From: Candidatus Limnocylindrales bacterium
GTDB taxonomy: Bacteria > Chloroflexota > Limnocylindria > Limnocylindrales > CSP1-4
Direction: 5' to 3'
DNA length: 38,894 nt
Assembly: GCA_038253685.1 (NCBI GenBank)
Contig: JBBSGX010000003.1
Coordinates: 1 to 38,894 of the forward strand
Shown: one piece after another, positions 29,734 through 38,664 of the stretch
Numbering within the stretch: position 1 is the first letter of the stretch
Layout of the letters: every line of letters begins with the position of its first letter
The notes under the pieces: model-generated
What the model was told of the DNA's origin: nothing
Databases searched by the model: none
What the model saw: only the letters and a program-made list of their open reading frames with translations
Translations under genes and position numbers: made by a program

Positions 29734-30473
29734 TGGACATCCTCAGCCAGGCCGTCACGTGGCTAACGGATCCGGCCAACTGGGACGGACATCGGGGAAT
29801 TCCAAACCGCCTGCTCGAGCACCTGCTGATCTCCGGGATCTCGCTGGCGATCGCACTCGCCATTGCCCTGCCGATCGGGGTGTGGGTGGGGCACACCCGC
29901 CGGCACGCCACGCTCGCCGTGAACATCGCCAATATCGGCCGAGCCGTGCCGTCGCTCGCTGCTATCTCGATCGCGGTGCCGATCATGGCGGCCATCGATC
30001 CCCAGCTCGGATTCAAGGTCTATCCCACCATCTTCGGCATGGTGGTGCTGGCCGTGCCACCCATCCTCGTCAATACCTATGCGGGGATCGCCGGCGTCGA
30101 CCGCGATCTGGTAGAGGCCGGTCGAGGCATGGGCATGCGGGAGCGCCAACTCCTGCTCAGCGTTGAGCTTCCACTCGCCGTCCCGATCATCGCGGCCGGC
30201 ATCCGCTCGGGCGCGGTACAGATCGTTGCGACCGTGACGCTGGGGGCCATCTTCGCCTTCGGAGGACTTGGCCGATACCTGATCGACGGCTACGCCGTCG
30301 GCGACTACCCGCAGATCTGGGGAGGGGCGGTCCTTGTGGCCGCACTCGCCATCGCCACGGAGCTGATATTCGTGCTGCTCCAGCGTCGCTTCACGCCGCG
30401 TGGCCTGCGACTGCAGCAGCCCCGCTCCGGCGCGGAGCCGGAACCCGAACGCGAGCTGGCGCCAGCCTCGTGA
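29733..30473 (+). CDS. Osmoprotectant ABC transporter permease
   Basis: GRAVPSLA, PPILVNTY, EAGRGMGM, VELPLA, GGLGRY. Confidence 0.93.
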   Translation: MDILSQAVTWLTDPANWDGHRGIPNRLLEHLLISGISLAIALAIALPIGVWVGHTRRHATLAVNIANIGRAVPSLAAISIAVPIMAAIDPQLGFKVYPTIFGMVVLAVPPILVNTYAGIAGVDRDLVEAGRGMGMRERQLLLSVELPLAVPIIAAGIRSGAVQIVATVTLGAIFAFGGLGRYLIDGYAVGDYPQIWGGAVLVAALAIATELIFVLLQRRFTPRGLRLQQPRSGAEPEPERELAPAS

Positions 30474-30477
30474 GCGA

Positions 30478-30587
30478 GGCGGTCTGCTCGACTTCCGGCG
30501 CTGGAAGAGAAGATCGACCTGGACCTTGTCGAAAGGCGAACGATCGGTTCGTCGATCCTGTGCCTGAAAGACCACCGCCGGGACTGA
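30478..30587 (+). pseudogene. Possible 3' remnant of a dihydrofolate-reductase-like (RibD C-terminal domain) gene
   Basis: Frame from 30492 reads LPALEEKIDLDLVERRTIGSSILCLKDHRRD*, resembling the C-terminus of RibD_C-family proteins; no start codon or N-terminal part. Confidence 0.4.
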
Positions 30588-30681
30588 ATAGATCCCGACA
30601 CACTGCTGTCACGTAAGGACCGGTATAGTCGGGAGACCTGCGCGGCCGGACCAGAGACCGTGAGGAAGCAAGGAGGTACCC

Positions 30682-31740
30682 ATGCGGCAAACCCGCATGC
30701 TCGCCCTCGGGGCGTCTGTGCTCGCGCTCATCAGCGCCTGCACGACGGGTGGGGGCGGCGCATCACCAACGTCGGGAACGAGCGTCGTCCCGCCGACGAG
30801 CGCACAGGCCAGCGGAACGCCCGCCGGCCAGAAGGCAACCGTCAAGATCGGCTCTGACGACTTCTATGAAGCCAAGCTCATGGCCGAGATCTACGCGCAG
30901 GCCTTGGAGCACGGCAGCTTCACCGTCGAGCGCACCGGCATCGGAATCGGAACCCGCAGCGTCAGCGCCGCCGCGCTCGACAGCGGCCAGATCAACCTCA
31001 AGCCCGAGTACATTGGCAGCGGCCTCGGCTTCTACGCCAAGACCGATCTGGCGTGCGCGGCACCCTCGCCCAGCGCGTCGGGCAGCGCCGCACCCGCGAT
31101 GACCGGCTGCACTCCGACCGGCGATGCAGCGGCCAACTCGGCGGCGCTCCAGGCGCTGCTGAAGCCCAAGGGCATCACGGTGCTCAAGTACTCACCCGCG
31201 GCAGACCAGAACGCCTTCGTCGTCCGTCCGGACACGGCGACCCAGTACAGCCTCGCCAAGATGAGCGACGCCACGGCGGTGCAGGACAAGATCAAGTGGG
31301 GTCTGGCCACCGACTGTGCCAAGAACCCGCTCTGTGGTGCACCGGGAGGTGCGCTCCAGACCGCCTACGGGATCACCCAGAAGACGATCGACAATGCCAC
31401 GCCGCTTTCCGCGTGCGACCAGCCGATGGTCAACGCGCTGACGGCCAAGACCATCGACCTGGGCGAGCTTTGCAGCACGCAGCCCGATATCGCCAAGAAC
31501 AGCTGGATCCTGCTCCAGGACGACAAGAACACCCAGCCCGCGGACAACCTCGCGCCGGTCGTGCGAGACGACCTGCTGGCCGGGGTTGACGCAACAGGCT
31601 TCGAGAAGATCCTGAACGACGTCTCCGCCAAGATGGACACGGCCACCTTGACCAAGCTCAACGCTCAGGTCGCCATCGACAAGAAGGACATTGCCGCCGT
31701 GGCCACCCAGTGGCTGAAGGACAACGGCTTCGTCCAGTAG
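30682..31740 (+). CDS. Osmoprotectant ABC transporter substrate-binding lipoprotein (OpuAC/OsmF-like)
   Basis: RBS AAGGAGG; lipobox ISAC; KIGSDDFYEAKLMAEIYAQAL, PEYIGS, DQNAFVV, LQDDK, LTKLN, ATQWL; TATAGT at 30624-30629. Confidence 0.93.
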   Translation: MRQTRMLALGASVLALISACTTGGGGASPTSGTSVVPPTSAQASGTPAGQKATVKIGSDDFYEAKLMAEIYAQALEHGSFTVERTGIGIGTRSVSAAALDSGQINLKPEYIGSGLGFYAKTDLACAAPSPSASGSAAPAMTGCTPTGDAAANSAALQALLKPKGITVLKYSPAADQNAFVVRPDTATQYSLAKMSDATAVQDKIKWGLATDCAKNPLCGAPGGALQTAYGITQKTIDNATPLSACDQPMVNALTAKTIDLGELCSTQPDIAKNSWILLQDDKNTQPADNLAPVVRDDLLAGVDATGFEKILNDVSAKMDTATLTKLNAQVAIDKKDIAAVATQWLKDNGFVQ

Positions 31741-31767
31741 GCAGATCCGTTCCGGAACGTTGACCAT

Positions 31768-31797
31768 GAGGCGGTCGCCCTGACGGGTGGCCGCCTC
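31768..31797 (+). terminator. GC-rich hairpin, probable intrinsic terminator
   Basis: GAGGCGGTCGCCC-TGAC-GGGTGGCCGCCTC downstream of the SBP stop, followed by a T-enriched tract. Confidence 0.6.
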
Positions 31798-31834
31798 GGT
31801 CGTTCTGTCTTGTTCCACAGCGCGAGGAGAGCGC

Positions 31835-32527
31835 ATGGCTGACGAGCATCTCGAAGTCGCCGATTGGCGGCGACGCGTCGCGGCGATGTGGGTTGCGTGG
31901 CGGGAGGCGTCCGCGGCGGACCCGGAGGGCGCGACGCAGCGGTTCCGCGCCGACAGGGACCGGCTGTTCGCGGAGCACCCGCAGTCACCGCTGCTCCCCG
32001 GGGAGCGCGCCTCGTTCGGCGGCCTTGCCTACTGGCCGTACGACCCGACCTGGCGCATGACCGTTCGGTTCGAGCCGGTCGGCGAGGAGCCGGCGCCGAG
32101 CGTCACGCCTGCCCCGTCGCCGTTCGGCGGCTTCGGTAGCTTGGCCCCGATCGCACTGCCCAATTCCGGCGCCGAGACGATCGCATTCCGCAAGATCGGC
32201 CGCGTGACATTGGACGGACCGCCAGCAGGACAAGCGCTTCCCGTCTTCTGGATCGAGGGCTACGGCGGCGGCATCTTCCTGCCATTCCGCGACGGGACAT
32301 CGGGTGCGGAAACCTACGGCGCGGGACGCTATCTGCTCGACACCATCAAGAGCGCCGACCACGGTGGCGATGCGGAAGCCGGCACGCTGCTGCTGGACTT
32401 CAACCTCGCATACCACCCTTCCTGCGCCTACGACCCGGAGTGGAGCTGCCCGCTCGCGCCTCCCGAGAGCATCCTGCAGCTGCCGGTCCAGGTTGGGGAG
32501 CGGCTTCGCGGCGAGGCGCACGGGTAG
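31835..32527 (+). CDS. DUF1684 domain-containing protein
   Basis: RDRLF..HPQSPL, YWPYDP, FLPFRDGTSG.ETYGAGRYL, LDFNLAYHPSCAY..WSCPLAP, VQVGE. Confidence 0.92.
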   Translation: MADEHLEVADWRRRVAAMWVAWREASAADPEGATQRFRADRDRLFAEHPQSPLLPGERASFGGLAYWPYDPTWRMTVRFEPVGEEPAPSVTPAPSPFGGFGSLAPIALPNSGAETIAFRKIGRVTLDGPPAGQALPVFWIEGYGGGIFLPFRDGTSGAETYGAGRYLLDTIKSADHGGDAEAGTLLLDFNLAYHPSCAYDPEWSCPLAPPESILQLPVQVGERLRGEAHG

Positions 32528-33501
32528 TGCGCGTCACCGTCCTGGCCGGGGGGTACGGCGGCGCCAAGCTCAGCCATGGCCTGGCGCTCGAGTCGGCCAG
32601 GCTCGCCTCGTCGGGCACGGCTCCGATCGCCCTGGACATCATCGTCAACACCGGCGATGACCTGTTGCTGCACGGCCTCCACGTCTCGCCGGACCTGGAC
32701 ACCGTCATGTACACGCTTGCGGGGCTCGCCAATGACGAGACGGGCTGGGGAGTTCGCGACGAGACATGGTCCGCGGCGGCGCAGCTCGAGCGGTACGGCG
32801 CGCAGACCTGGTTTCGCCTCGGCGACCGGGACCTGGCCACCCACATCCGCCGCACCGAGCTGCTGCGCGCAGGCGAGGGCCTGACCGAGATCACGCTCGG
32901 GCTGGCCGCCGCGCTGGACGTCCGAGCGCGACTGCTGCCGATGTCCGACCAGCCGGTACGGACGGAGCTGCTGACCGACGAGGGCTGGCTCGAGTTCCAG
33001 GACTACTTCGTGCGCCGCGGTCATCGCGACGAGGTGCGGGAGATCCGTCAGCGCGGCATCGAGACGGCACACCCGACCGCCGAGGTTTTCGACGCGGTCC
33101 GGGCAGCGGACCTCATCGTCTTTGCGCCCTCCAACCCGTTCGTGAGCGTTGGGACGATCCTGGCGCTGCACGGAATGAGCGAGGCGCTGGTATCGGCTCC
33201 GGCGCGGATCGTGGCCGTCAGCCCGATCGTTGCGGGCGAAGCGTTGCGCGGCCCGGCCGACCAGATGCTGGCCTCACTCGGCGGCGAGGCGAGCGCCAAA
33301 GGGGTCGCGGGCCATTACACATCGCGCTATCCGGGCCTGCTGGACGCGTTCGTAATCGACCGCGCCGATGCCGGCGTTACGGCCGAGATCGAGGCACTCG
33401 GGCTCGAGGTGCTCGTGACCGGGACCGTGATGCGCGATAACGAGGATCGCCGGCAGCTCGCGGCCGAGATCCTGGAGCGATTCGCGCCTAGAGGCGGCTG
33501 A
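32527..33501 (+). CDS. cofD: 2-phospho-L-lactate/phosphoenolpyruvate transferase (CofD/FbiA)
   Basis: LAGGYGGAKL, IVNTGDD, VSPDLDTVMYTLAG, WFRLGDRDLATH, LPMSD, FQDYFV, PSNPFVS, VSPIV. Confidence 0.96.
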   Translation: MRVTVLAGGYGGAKLSHGLALESARLASSGTAPIALDIIVNTGDDLLLHGLHVSPDLDTVMYTLAGLANDETGWGVRDETWSAAAQLERYGAQTWFRLGDRDLATHIRRTELLRAGEGLTEITLGLAAALDVRARLLPMSDQPVRTELLTDEGWLEFQDYFVRRGHRDEVREIRQRGIETAHPTAEVFDAVRAADLIVFAPSNPFVSVGTILALHGMSEALVSAPARIVAVSPIVAGEALRGPADQMLASLGGEASAKGVAGHYTSRYPGLLDAFVIDRADAGVTAEIEALGLEVLVTGTVMRDNEDRRQLAAEILERFAPRGG

Positions 33502-34066
33502 TCGCGATCTTCGCGAGCCCCTGTGCGATCGGAAAGTAATCCTGGTCCAGCGGCGAGCCGATGGGGATGATCTGGACCTGAAGGGTCCGGCCGTTGCCGA
33601 GATCCACCCAGAGTTCGGTGATGCTCGGTGACCACCACGCGTCGCTGCCCAATCCGGTCACGGTATGGCCGTCGGCGAAGTCGCGTCGGGCTCCGGAGAT
33701 GTTGTTCGCGTTGTCCGTCGAGACGACGATGGTCATGTCGTTGCCTCGCGTCGTGTCCCCGACGAAGTCGCAGTCCGAGCCGTCTCGCCGCCCGGCCGCA
33801 AACGGCAGCCCCGCCGCCTGCTGAACTTCCGCCTGGGTCACCAGCCTGCAAGGGTCAAGACCGGTCCCGGTGCTGGGGAGGGTCCCACCGCTCGTCGGAC
33901 CTGGGGAAGCGGGCGCAGTCAATGCTGAAGCGGTTGGACCGGCGGGGTTTGGGCTGTCCGTGAGCGTGGCCGTGCCGGGCGACGCCGGAACCGTCTGCGG
34001 AGAACAGCCCCACAGCCAGATGGCAGCGAGGGCCGGGACGAGGAGCCGTATGGACGCCGAACGCAC
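33488..34066 (-). CDS. Hypothetical lipoprotein (DUF3558-like)
   Basis: Lipobox LWGC, Pro/Thr/Ser linker, DPCRLVTQAEV...CDF...VTGLGSDAWW...AQGLAKIAISRL. Confidence 0.75.
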   Translation of the reverse strand: MRSASIRLLVPALAAIWLWGCSPQTVPASPGTATLTDSPNPAGPTASALTAPASPGPTSGGTLPSTGTGLDPCRLVTQAEVQQAAGLPFAAGRRDGSDCDFVGDTTRGNDMTIVVSTDNANNISGARRDFADGHTVTGLGSDAWWSPSITELWVDLGNGRTLQVQIIPIGSPLDQDYFPIAQGLAKIAISRL

Positions 34067-34081
34067 GATCGCCCCTACAGC

Positions 34082-34707
34082 CTACTGCGCGAAATAGGCG
34101 TTCGCGAGCTTCTGCGCCAGGTCCAATCCCGCGGCGTCGTCGCTGGTGACGAGCAGGATCACCAGGGTGTCCCGCCGAGATCGACGTACAGCTGGTGAAA
34201 CGACGGTCCCCAGAAGGCAGCGTGGCCCGCCACGGTCATGTCCTGGCCCGCGGGATCGACCAGCTTGGCCGTCGCGATCGTCTCCTTCGTGCCCTTCCGC
34301 ACGTTGAAGCCCGATACGGTTCCTGAGAGGCTCGCGTCGACAAAGGTGCAGTTGTTCGCGGTGCCTGCGTCAGCGAGTGTCCAGTTGATCCCTGTCGCCG
34401 CATCGGCCTTCGCGATGCTCAGGACTGCGCAATCCCCGCCGACGCCGAGCGATGGGATCCCGAAGCTCGGGATTTCGACGCTCGGGATGGCGATGCTGGG
34501 GATGGCGATGCTCGGGATCGAGAGGCTCGGAATGGCGATGCTCGGGATCGAGATGCTCGGAATGGGCGGCAGGCTGACGCCCGGCGGAAGCGTTGGAAGG
34601 CCGGGACCGCTGCTGGCCGGTGCGCTGACGGTGACGCACGCTCCGAAGACGACCAGCGCGAGCACGGACGCGGCAATCGGCCGCACTCCGGCCCAGAATT
34701 TCGGCAC
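34082..34707 (-). pseudogene. Lipoprotein paralog of the neighbouring gene with a frameshift near 34172
   Basis: Lipobox FGAC; frame ends YVDLGGTPW* at 34159, but the adjacent frame continues DTLVILLVTSDDAAGLDLAQKLANAYFAQ* to 34082, paralleling the neighbour's C-terminus. Confidence 0.7.
34444..34563 (-). repeat. Coding 15-bp tandem repeat, (IPSxx)x8
   Basis: IPSIS IPSIA IPSLS IPSIA IPSIA IPSVE IPSFG IPSLG. Confidence 0.9.
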
Positions 34708-34917
34708 CTATATCTCCCCTTGATGACGGCCTCGCGGGGCCCGTGGTCCCCCAGCGGTGGCTCTTATACCACGAACCCTGCCGCCAGCCCTGGTGCCCGA
34801 TATCTCGTCCCTCGATGACGGCTATGCGGGCCCGTGGCCCCGGCGCCGGGTCCAATACTACGAATCCTGTCGCGGGCCCGGGCTGGCGTCCGCATCACCC
34901 CGGCTACCATGCGGCAC

Positions 34918-35628
34918 ATGGAAACCTCTCGCCGAGCGCCTCGAATGCACGGCGCCGGCCTCGAATCGCTCGATGCACTGGTGCCCATCCGCAGCCTCGC
35001 AGGCGGCAAGGCGCGGCTCGGCGGAGCGATCGACGCCGAAGAGCGCGAGGAGCTGCTGGTCGGGATGCTGCGCCGGACCCTGGAGCTGTTGGTGGAGTGG
35101 CCGGCCTGTCGCACCGTCCAGGTCGTGAGCGCAGACCCGCGGGCCCTGGCGGTCGCGGCCGCCGCCGGAGCGCACGCCCTCTCGCAACCCGGAGAGGGAC
35201 TCAACGCGGGCCTTCGGCTCGGCCTGGATACTGCGCGCGAGGCGGGCGCGACCGCAGTGCTGATCCTTCCCGCGGACCTGCCACTCCTCGCGACCTCGTC
35301 GCTGGATCGGCTGCTGGACGCCGCGGATGCCGCGCTGGCCGCCGGTTCGGGACGGCCGCTGGTGGTGATCGCGCCGTCCGATGCGCGCGGCGGCACGAAC
35401 GCGCTGCTGCTCTCCCCGGCGGATGTCATCACGCCCTGCTTCGGCACGGCCAGCTTCGAGGCACACGCCCGGGCAGCGGCGGCTGCCGACGCCACGCTCC
35501 AGCTGGTCACGGATCCCGGCCTCGGCTTCGATCTCGACACGCCGGAGGACCTGGACATCCTGCCCACCGACCTCGTCGAGGAGCTCATGGCGCTCGGGCG
35601 AGATCCGGTCAGGACGACCGCCGAATGA
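34918..35628 (+). CDS. cofC: 2-phospho-L-lactate/PEP guanylyltransferase (CofC/FbiD)
   Basis: LVPIRSLAGGKARL, GLNAGL, ILPADLPL, APSDARGGTNALL, FGTASF..H, FDLDTPEDL. Confidence 0.94.
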   Translation: METSRRAPRMHGAGLESLDALVPIRSLAGGKARLGGAIDAEEREELLVGMLRRTLELLVEWPACRTVQVVSADPRALAVAAAAGAHALSQPGEGLNAGLRLGLDTAREAGATAVLILPADLPLLATSSLDRLLDAADAALAAGSGRPLVVIAPSDARGGTNALLLSPADVITPCFGTASFEAHARAAAAADATLQLVTDPGLGFDLDTPEDLDILPTDLVEELMALGRDPVRTTAE

Positions 35629-35647
35629 CGTCGATGCCGGAGCGACC

Positions 35648-36421
35648 TTGAAGGGACGTCTCCTCGCGGTCGCCCTGCCGGAGCTCCCGGAGGTGCGGCC
35701 CGGCGACGATCTCGGCGCGCTGATCGTCGAGGCCTGGCGGGAGCTTTCAGCGGCGGACCCGGAGCTCGCGGCCGCGCCCGGGGACGTTCTGGTCATCACG
35801 CAGAAGATCGTGTCGAAGGCCGAAGGCGCGCTGGTCGACCTGCGCACGGTCGAGCCCCGCCCGGAGGCCGTCGAGTTCGCGGAGCGCTTCGATCGCGATC
35901 CGCGCCAGGTCGAGGTGGTGCTGCGCGAGTCGGTGCGCGTGGTTCGAATGGAGCGCGGCGTCATCATCAGCCGGACGAAGCACGGGTTCGTGTGCGCCAA
36001 TGCGGGCGTGGATGCCTCCAACATGGGCACGGACGACACGGTGACGCTGCTTCCCGAGGACCCGGATCGGTCCGCGCGCGAGCTGCGCGATCGCATCGAG
36101 CGTGAGCTCGGCGTAGCCGTCGGGGTCGTCATCAGCGACTCCTTCGGGAGACCCTGGCGCTGGGGGATCGTGGACGTCGCGCTGGGCGTCGCCGGCTTCC
36201 TGCCTCTCGACGATCAGCGAGGGCTGCCGGACACCGCGGGCCGCGTCATGCGCGCCACGATCGTCGCGGTCGCGGACGAGATCGCCTCGGCCGCGGAGCT
36301 GGCCTCGGGCAAGACGAGCCGGCGTCCGCTGGTCCTGGTTCGCGGCGCAACGCTGCCAGCGGGAGAGAGCTCGATCAAGGCGGACGTACTGATGTCACCA
36401 GAGGCGGATCTGTTCACCTGA
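35648..36421 (+). CDS. cofE: Coenzyme F420-0:L-glutamate ligase (single-domain CofE)
   Basis: LPEVRPGDDL, GDVLVITQKIVSKAEG, GFVCANAGVDASN, LLPEDPDRSA, SDSFGRPWR.G, ADEIASAA, DLF; TTG start after GGAG. Confidence 0.95.
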   Translation: MKGRLLAVALPELPEVRPGDDLGALIVEAWRELSAADPELAAAPGDVLVITQKIVSKAEGALVDLRTVEPRPEAVEFAERFDRDPRQVEVVLRESVRVVRMERGVIISRTKHGFVCANAGVDASNMGTDDTVTLLPEDPDRSARELRDRIERELGVAVGVVISDSFGRPWRWGIVDVALGVAGFLPLDDQRGLPDTAGRVMRATIVAVADEIASAAELASGKTSRRPLVLVRGATLPAGESSIKADVLMSPEADLFT

Positions 36422-36464
36422 CCGCTGCAGGCCTGGGACCGCCCTCCCGTTAGACTTGGCGACG

Positions 36465-37382
36465 ATGAAGATCGGCCTCCAGATCAACTCGTTCACATGG
36501 CCCGGCGGAGAGGCGCAGATCGCTTCGACGCTCGCAGGCATCGTTCGTGCCGCCGACGACGCAGGCTTCGATTCGATCTGGGTGATGGACCATTTCTTCC
36601 AGATCCGCGGCGTCGGCAAGCCCGAGGAGCCGATGCTCGAGGGCTACACGACGCTCGGCTACCTCGCGGCGCTGACCCGCCGGGCGCGGCTCGGCCTGAT
36701 GGTGGGCGGCATCCACTACCGCATGCCCGGACTATGGGTCAAGGCAGCCACCACGCTTGACGTGCTGACGGGCGGGCGCTCGTACTTCGGCATCGGCGCG
36801 GCATGGAACGAGGAGGAGTCGGACGCGCTGGGCTTTCCGTTTCCGCCACTGCGCGAGCGTTTCGTCCAGCTCGAGGAGACACTGGTCATCGCCGGGGAGA
36901 TGTGGAGCGGGGAGCACGGCAGCGAAACGTCGTTCGACGGGCGCGCCTTCCATGCCAACCGGCTGCTCAACAGCCCGCAGGCGCTGAGCAGGCCGCATCC
37001 ACCCATCCTGATCGGAGGCGGCGGGGAGCAAAAGACGCTGCGCCTCGTGGCCCAGTACGCGGATGCGTGCAACGTTTTCGGCAACCCGGACATGCTGCGC
37101 CACAAGTACACGATCCTGCGCGAGCACTGCGAGGACCTGAAGCGCGATTACGACACGATCGAGAAGACGAACCTCGCGAGCGTCTCGCTGACGCCGACGG
37201 GGGCACAGGGCTCCTTGACGCCGTCGGCGCTCGTCGATCGACTCGGGGCGTGGGCGGAGGCGGGCTCGATGCAGACGATCTTCAGCCTGCGCGAACCCTG
37301 GGATCTCTCCAAGTTCGAGCTGATCGCGCTGGACGTGGCGCCGCAGGTCCGGGACATGGGGCCGCGCAGCCCAATCTCCTGA
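36465..37382 (+). CDS. LLM-class F420-dependent oxidoreductase
   Basis: GFDSIWVMDHFFQI, EPMLEGYTTLGYLAA, TLDVLTGGR, GIGAAWNEEE, NSPQ, ILIGGGGEQKTLRLVAQYADACN; directly after cofE. Confidence 0.93.
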   Translation: MKIGLQINSFTWPGGEAQIASTLAGIVRAADDAGFDSIWVMDHFFQIRGVGKPEEPMLEGYTTLGYLAALTRRARLGLMVGGIHYRMPGLWVKAATTLDVLTGGRSYFGIGAAWNEEESDALGFPFPPLRERFVQLEETLVIAGEMWSGEHGSETSFDGRAFHANRLLNSPQALSRPHPPILIGGGGEQKTLRLVAQYADACNVFGNPDMLRHKYTILREHCEDLKRDYDTIEKTNLASVSLTPTGAQGSLTPSALVDRLGAWAEAGSMQTIFSLREPWDLSKFELIALDVAPQVRDMGPRSPIS

Positions 37383-37400
37383 GGCGGCGCCGGCGGCGCC

Positions 37401-38051
37401 CTACGTGTGCTCGACGCTCCCCGGGGAGTCGCCGCCGATCTGGGTGCCGCGAAGCTTGTCCGGCACGTGGGTGCCCGCCGGGGCCCGCGGCGCAGGATCG
37501 GGTGGGCGCGGCAGCGTGGGCGCACCGGACACCGCTGGCACCTGCGAGGTCTCGTCCTCCTCCGCGAAGCGGGCCCGCAATCGGGCACTGAGAAGCAGGT
37601 ACAGCCCGGTCACGATCGGCACGAGCGGCCACCAGTCGACCGCCACCTGCAACAGCTGCACTCCCAGACCGGCGGTGTAGACCACGGCGCCAGCGGCGAG
37701 CAACAGGCTTCCGGGCACCACGGGCCACCAGCGGACCTCGCGAACATCGAATACGAGGCCCAGGATCCAGGCCAGGTAGAAGCCGCCGGCGAGGCTGATC
37801 AGGAAACCCGCGGCGCCGACGTCGGGGCTGCCCCTCGTGGCGACCAGGATCCCGAGACCGAGCCCGCTGATGACGCCTCCGGCCACGAGGGGACCGAGCG
37901 ATCGCATCAGGAAGAAGAGCCCGAGCAACCCGAGCCCCACGAGCAGCGGCACAATCGTCACAAGGTCGGGGAAGAGCCGGTTCCCGAGCCGCTCGAAGCC
38001 CACCAGCAGCAGCATCGCGCCGATGATCCAGTCGCGATTCAGGAGCCTCAC
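37401..38051 (-). CDS. Hypothetical multi-pass membrane protein
   Basis: About six Gly/Leu-rich TM segments with WWP motifs; GTG 38051 lies 7 nt after CATACT. Confidence 0.75.
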   Translation of the reverse strand: MRLLNRDWIIGAMLLLVGFERLGNRLFPDLVTIVPLLVGLGLLGLFFLMRSLGPLVAGGVISGLGLGILVATRGSPDVGAAGFLISLAGGFYLAWILGLVFDVREVRWWPVVPGSLLLAAGAVVYTAGLGVQLLQVAVDWWPLVPIVTGLYLLLSARLRARFAEEDETSQVPAVSGAPTLPRPPDPAPRAPAGTHVPDKLRGTQIGGDSPGSVEHT

Positions 38052-38094
38052 GCAGTCCAGTATGCCACCCGCCGATTCGCGTACAGTCGGGGCC

Positions 38095-38460
38095 ATGGAC
38101 CGCGTCGCTCGCGCCGCCGCGCACCTGCGTAAGGTGGCACTCGCCTACCCCGAGGCGTGGGAGGACCACCCATGGGGCGATGACGTGATCAAGGTGCGCA
38201 CCAGGATCTTCCTCTTCCTGGGCGAAGGCGAGAAGTTGTCGGTGACGACCAAGTTGCCGACTTCGAGCGGGATGGCCCTCGCCGAGCCCAATGCGCGCCC
38301 GACCCCCTACGGGCTGGGCCGCGCCGGGTGGGTGTCGATCACCTTCGACGCGGACGCGGAGCCGCCGCTGGACATGCTCGAGCTGTGGATCGACGAAAGC
38401 TACCGCGCCGTCGCGCCCAAACGGCTTGTGGCAGCCTTGGACACGCGTAGCGAGGGCTGA
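38095..38460 (+). CDS. MmcQ/YjbR family DNA-binding protein
   Basis: ALAYPEAWEDHPWG...KV..RIF...YGLGRAGWVS...WIDESYRAVAPKRL. Confidence 0.9.
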   Translation: MDRVARAAAHLRKVALAYPEAWEDHPWGDDVIKVRTRIFLFLGEGEKLSVTTKLPTSSGMALAEPNARPTPYGLGRAGWVSITFDADAEPPLDMLELWIDESYRAVAPKRLVAALDTRSEG

Positions 38461-38664
38461 GCGCCCGAGGGCCGGTCCTGGCCGCCCGTCCAAGGCGACC
38501 CTGATCGGTTGACCGATCAGACGGGCCTCGAAGTCCGGCTCGGGCGCCTGGAGGCGGACCTTCGGACTCAGTTCGATCGGTTGGTCCTCGGAGCCGCCTC
38601 CCAGACACGCAGAAGGCCGCTCGGCGATACTGGGGCAAGGTTGCGCTCCGGGGAGCGGTTGGAC

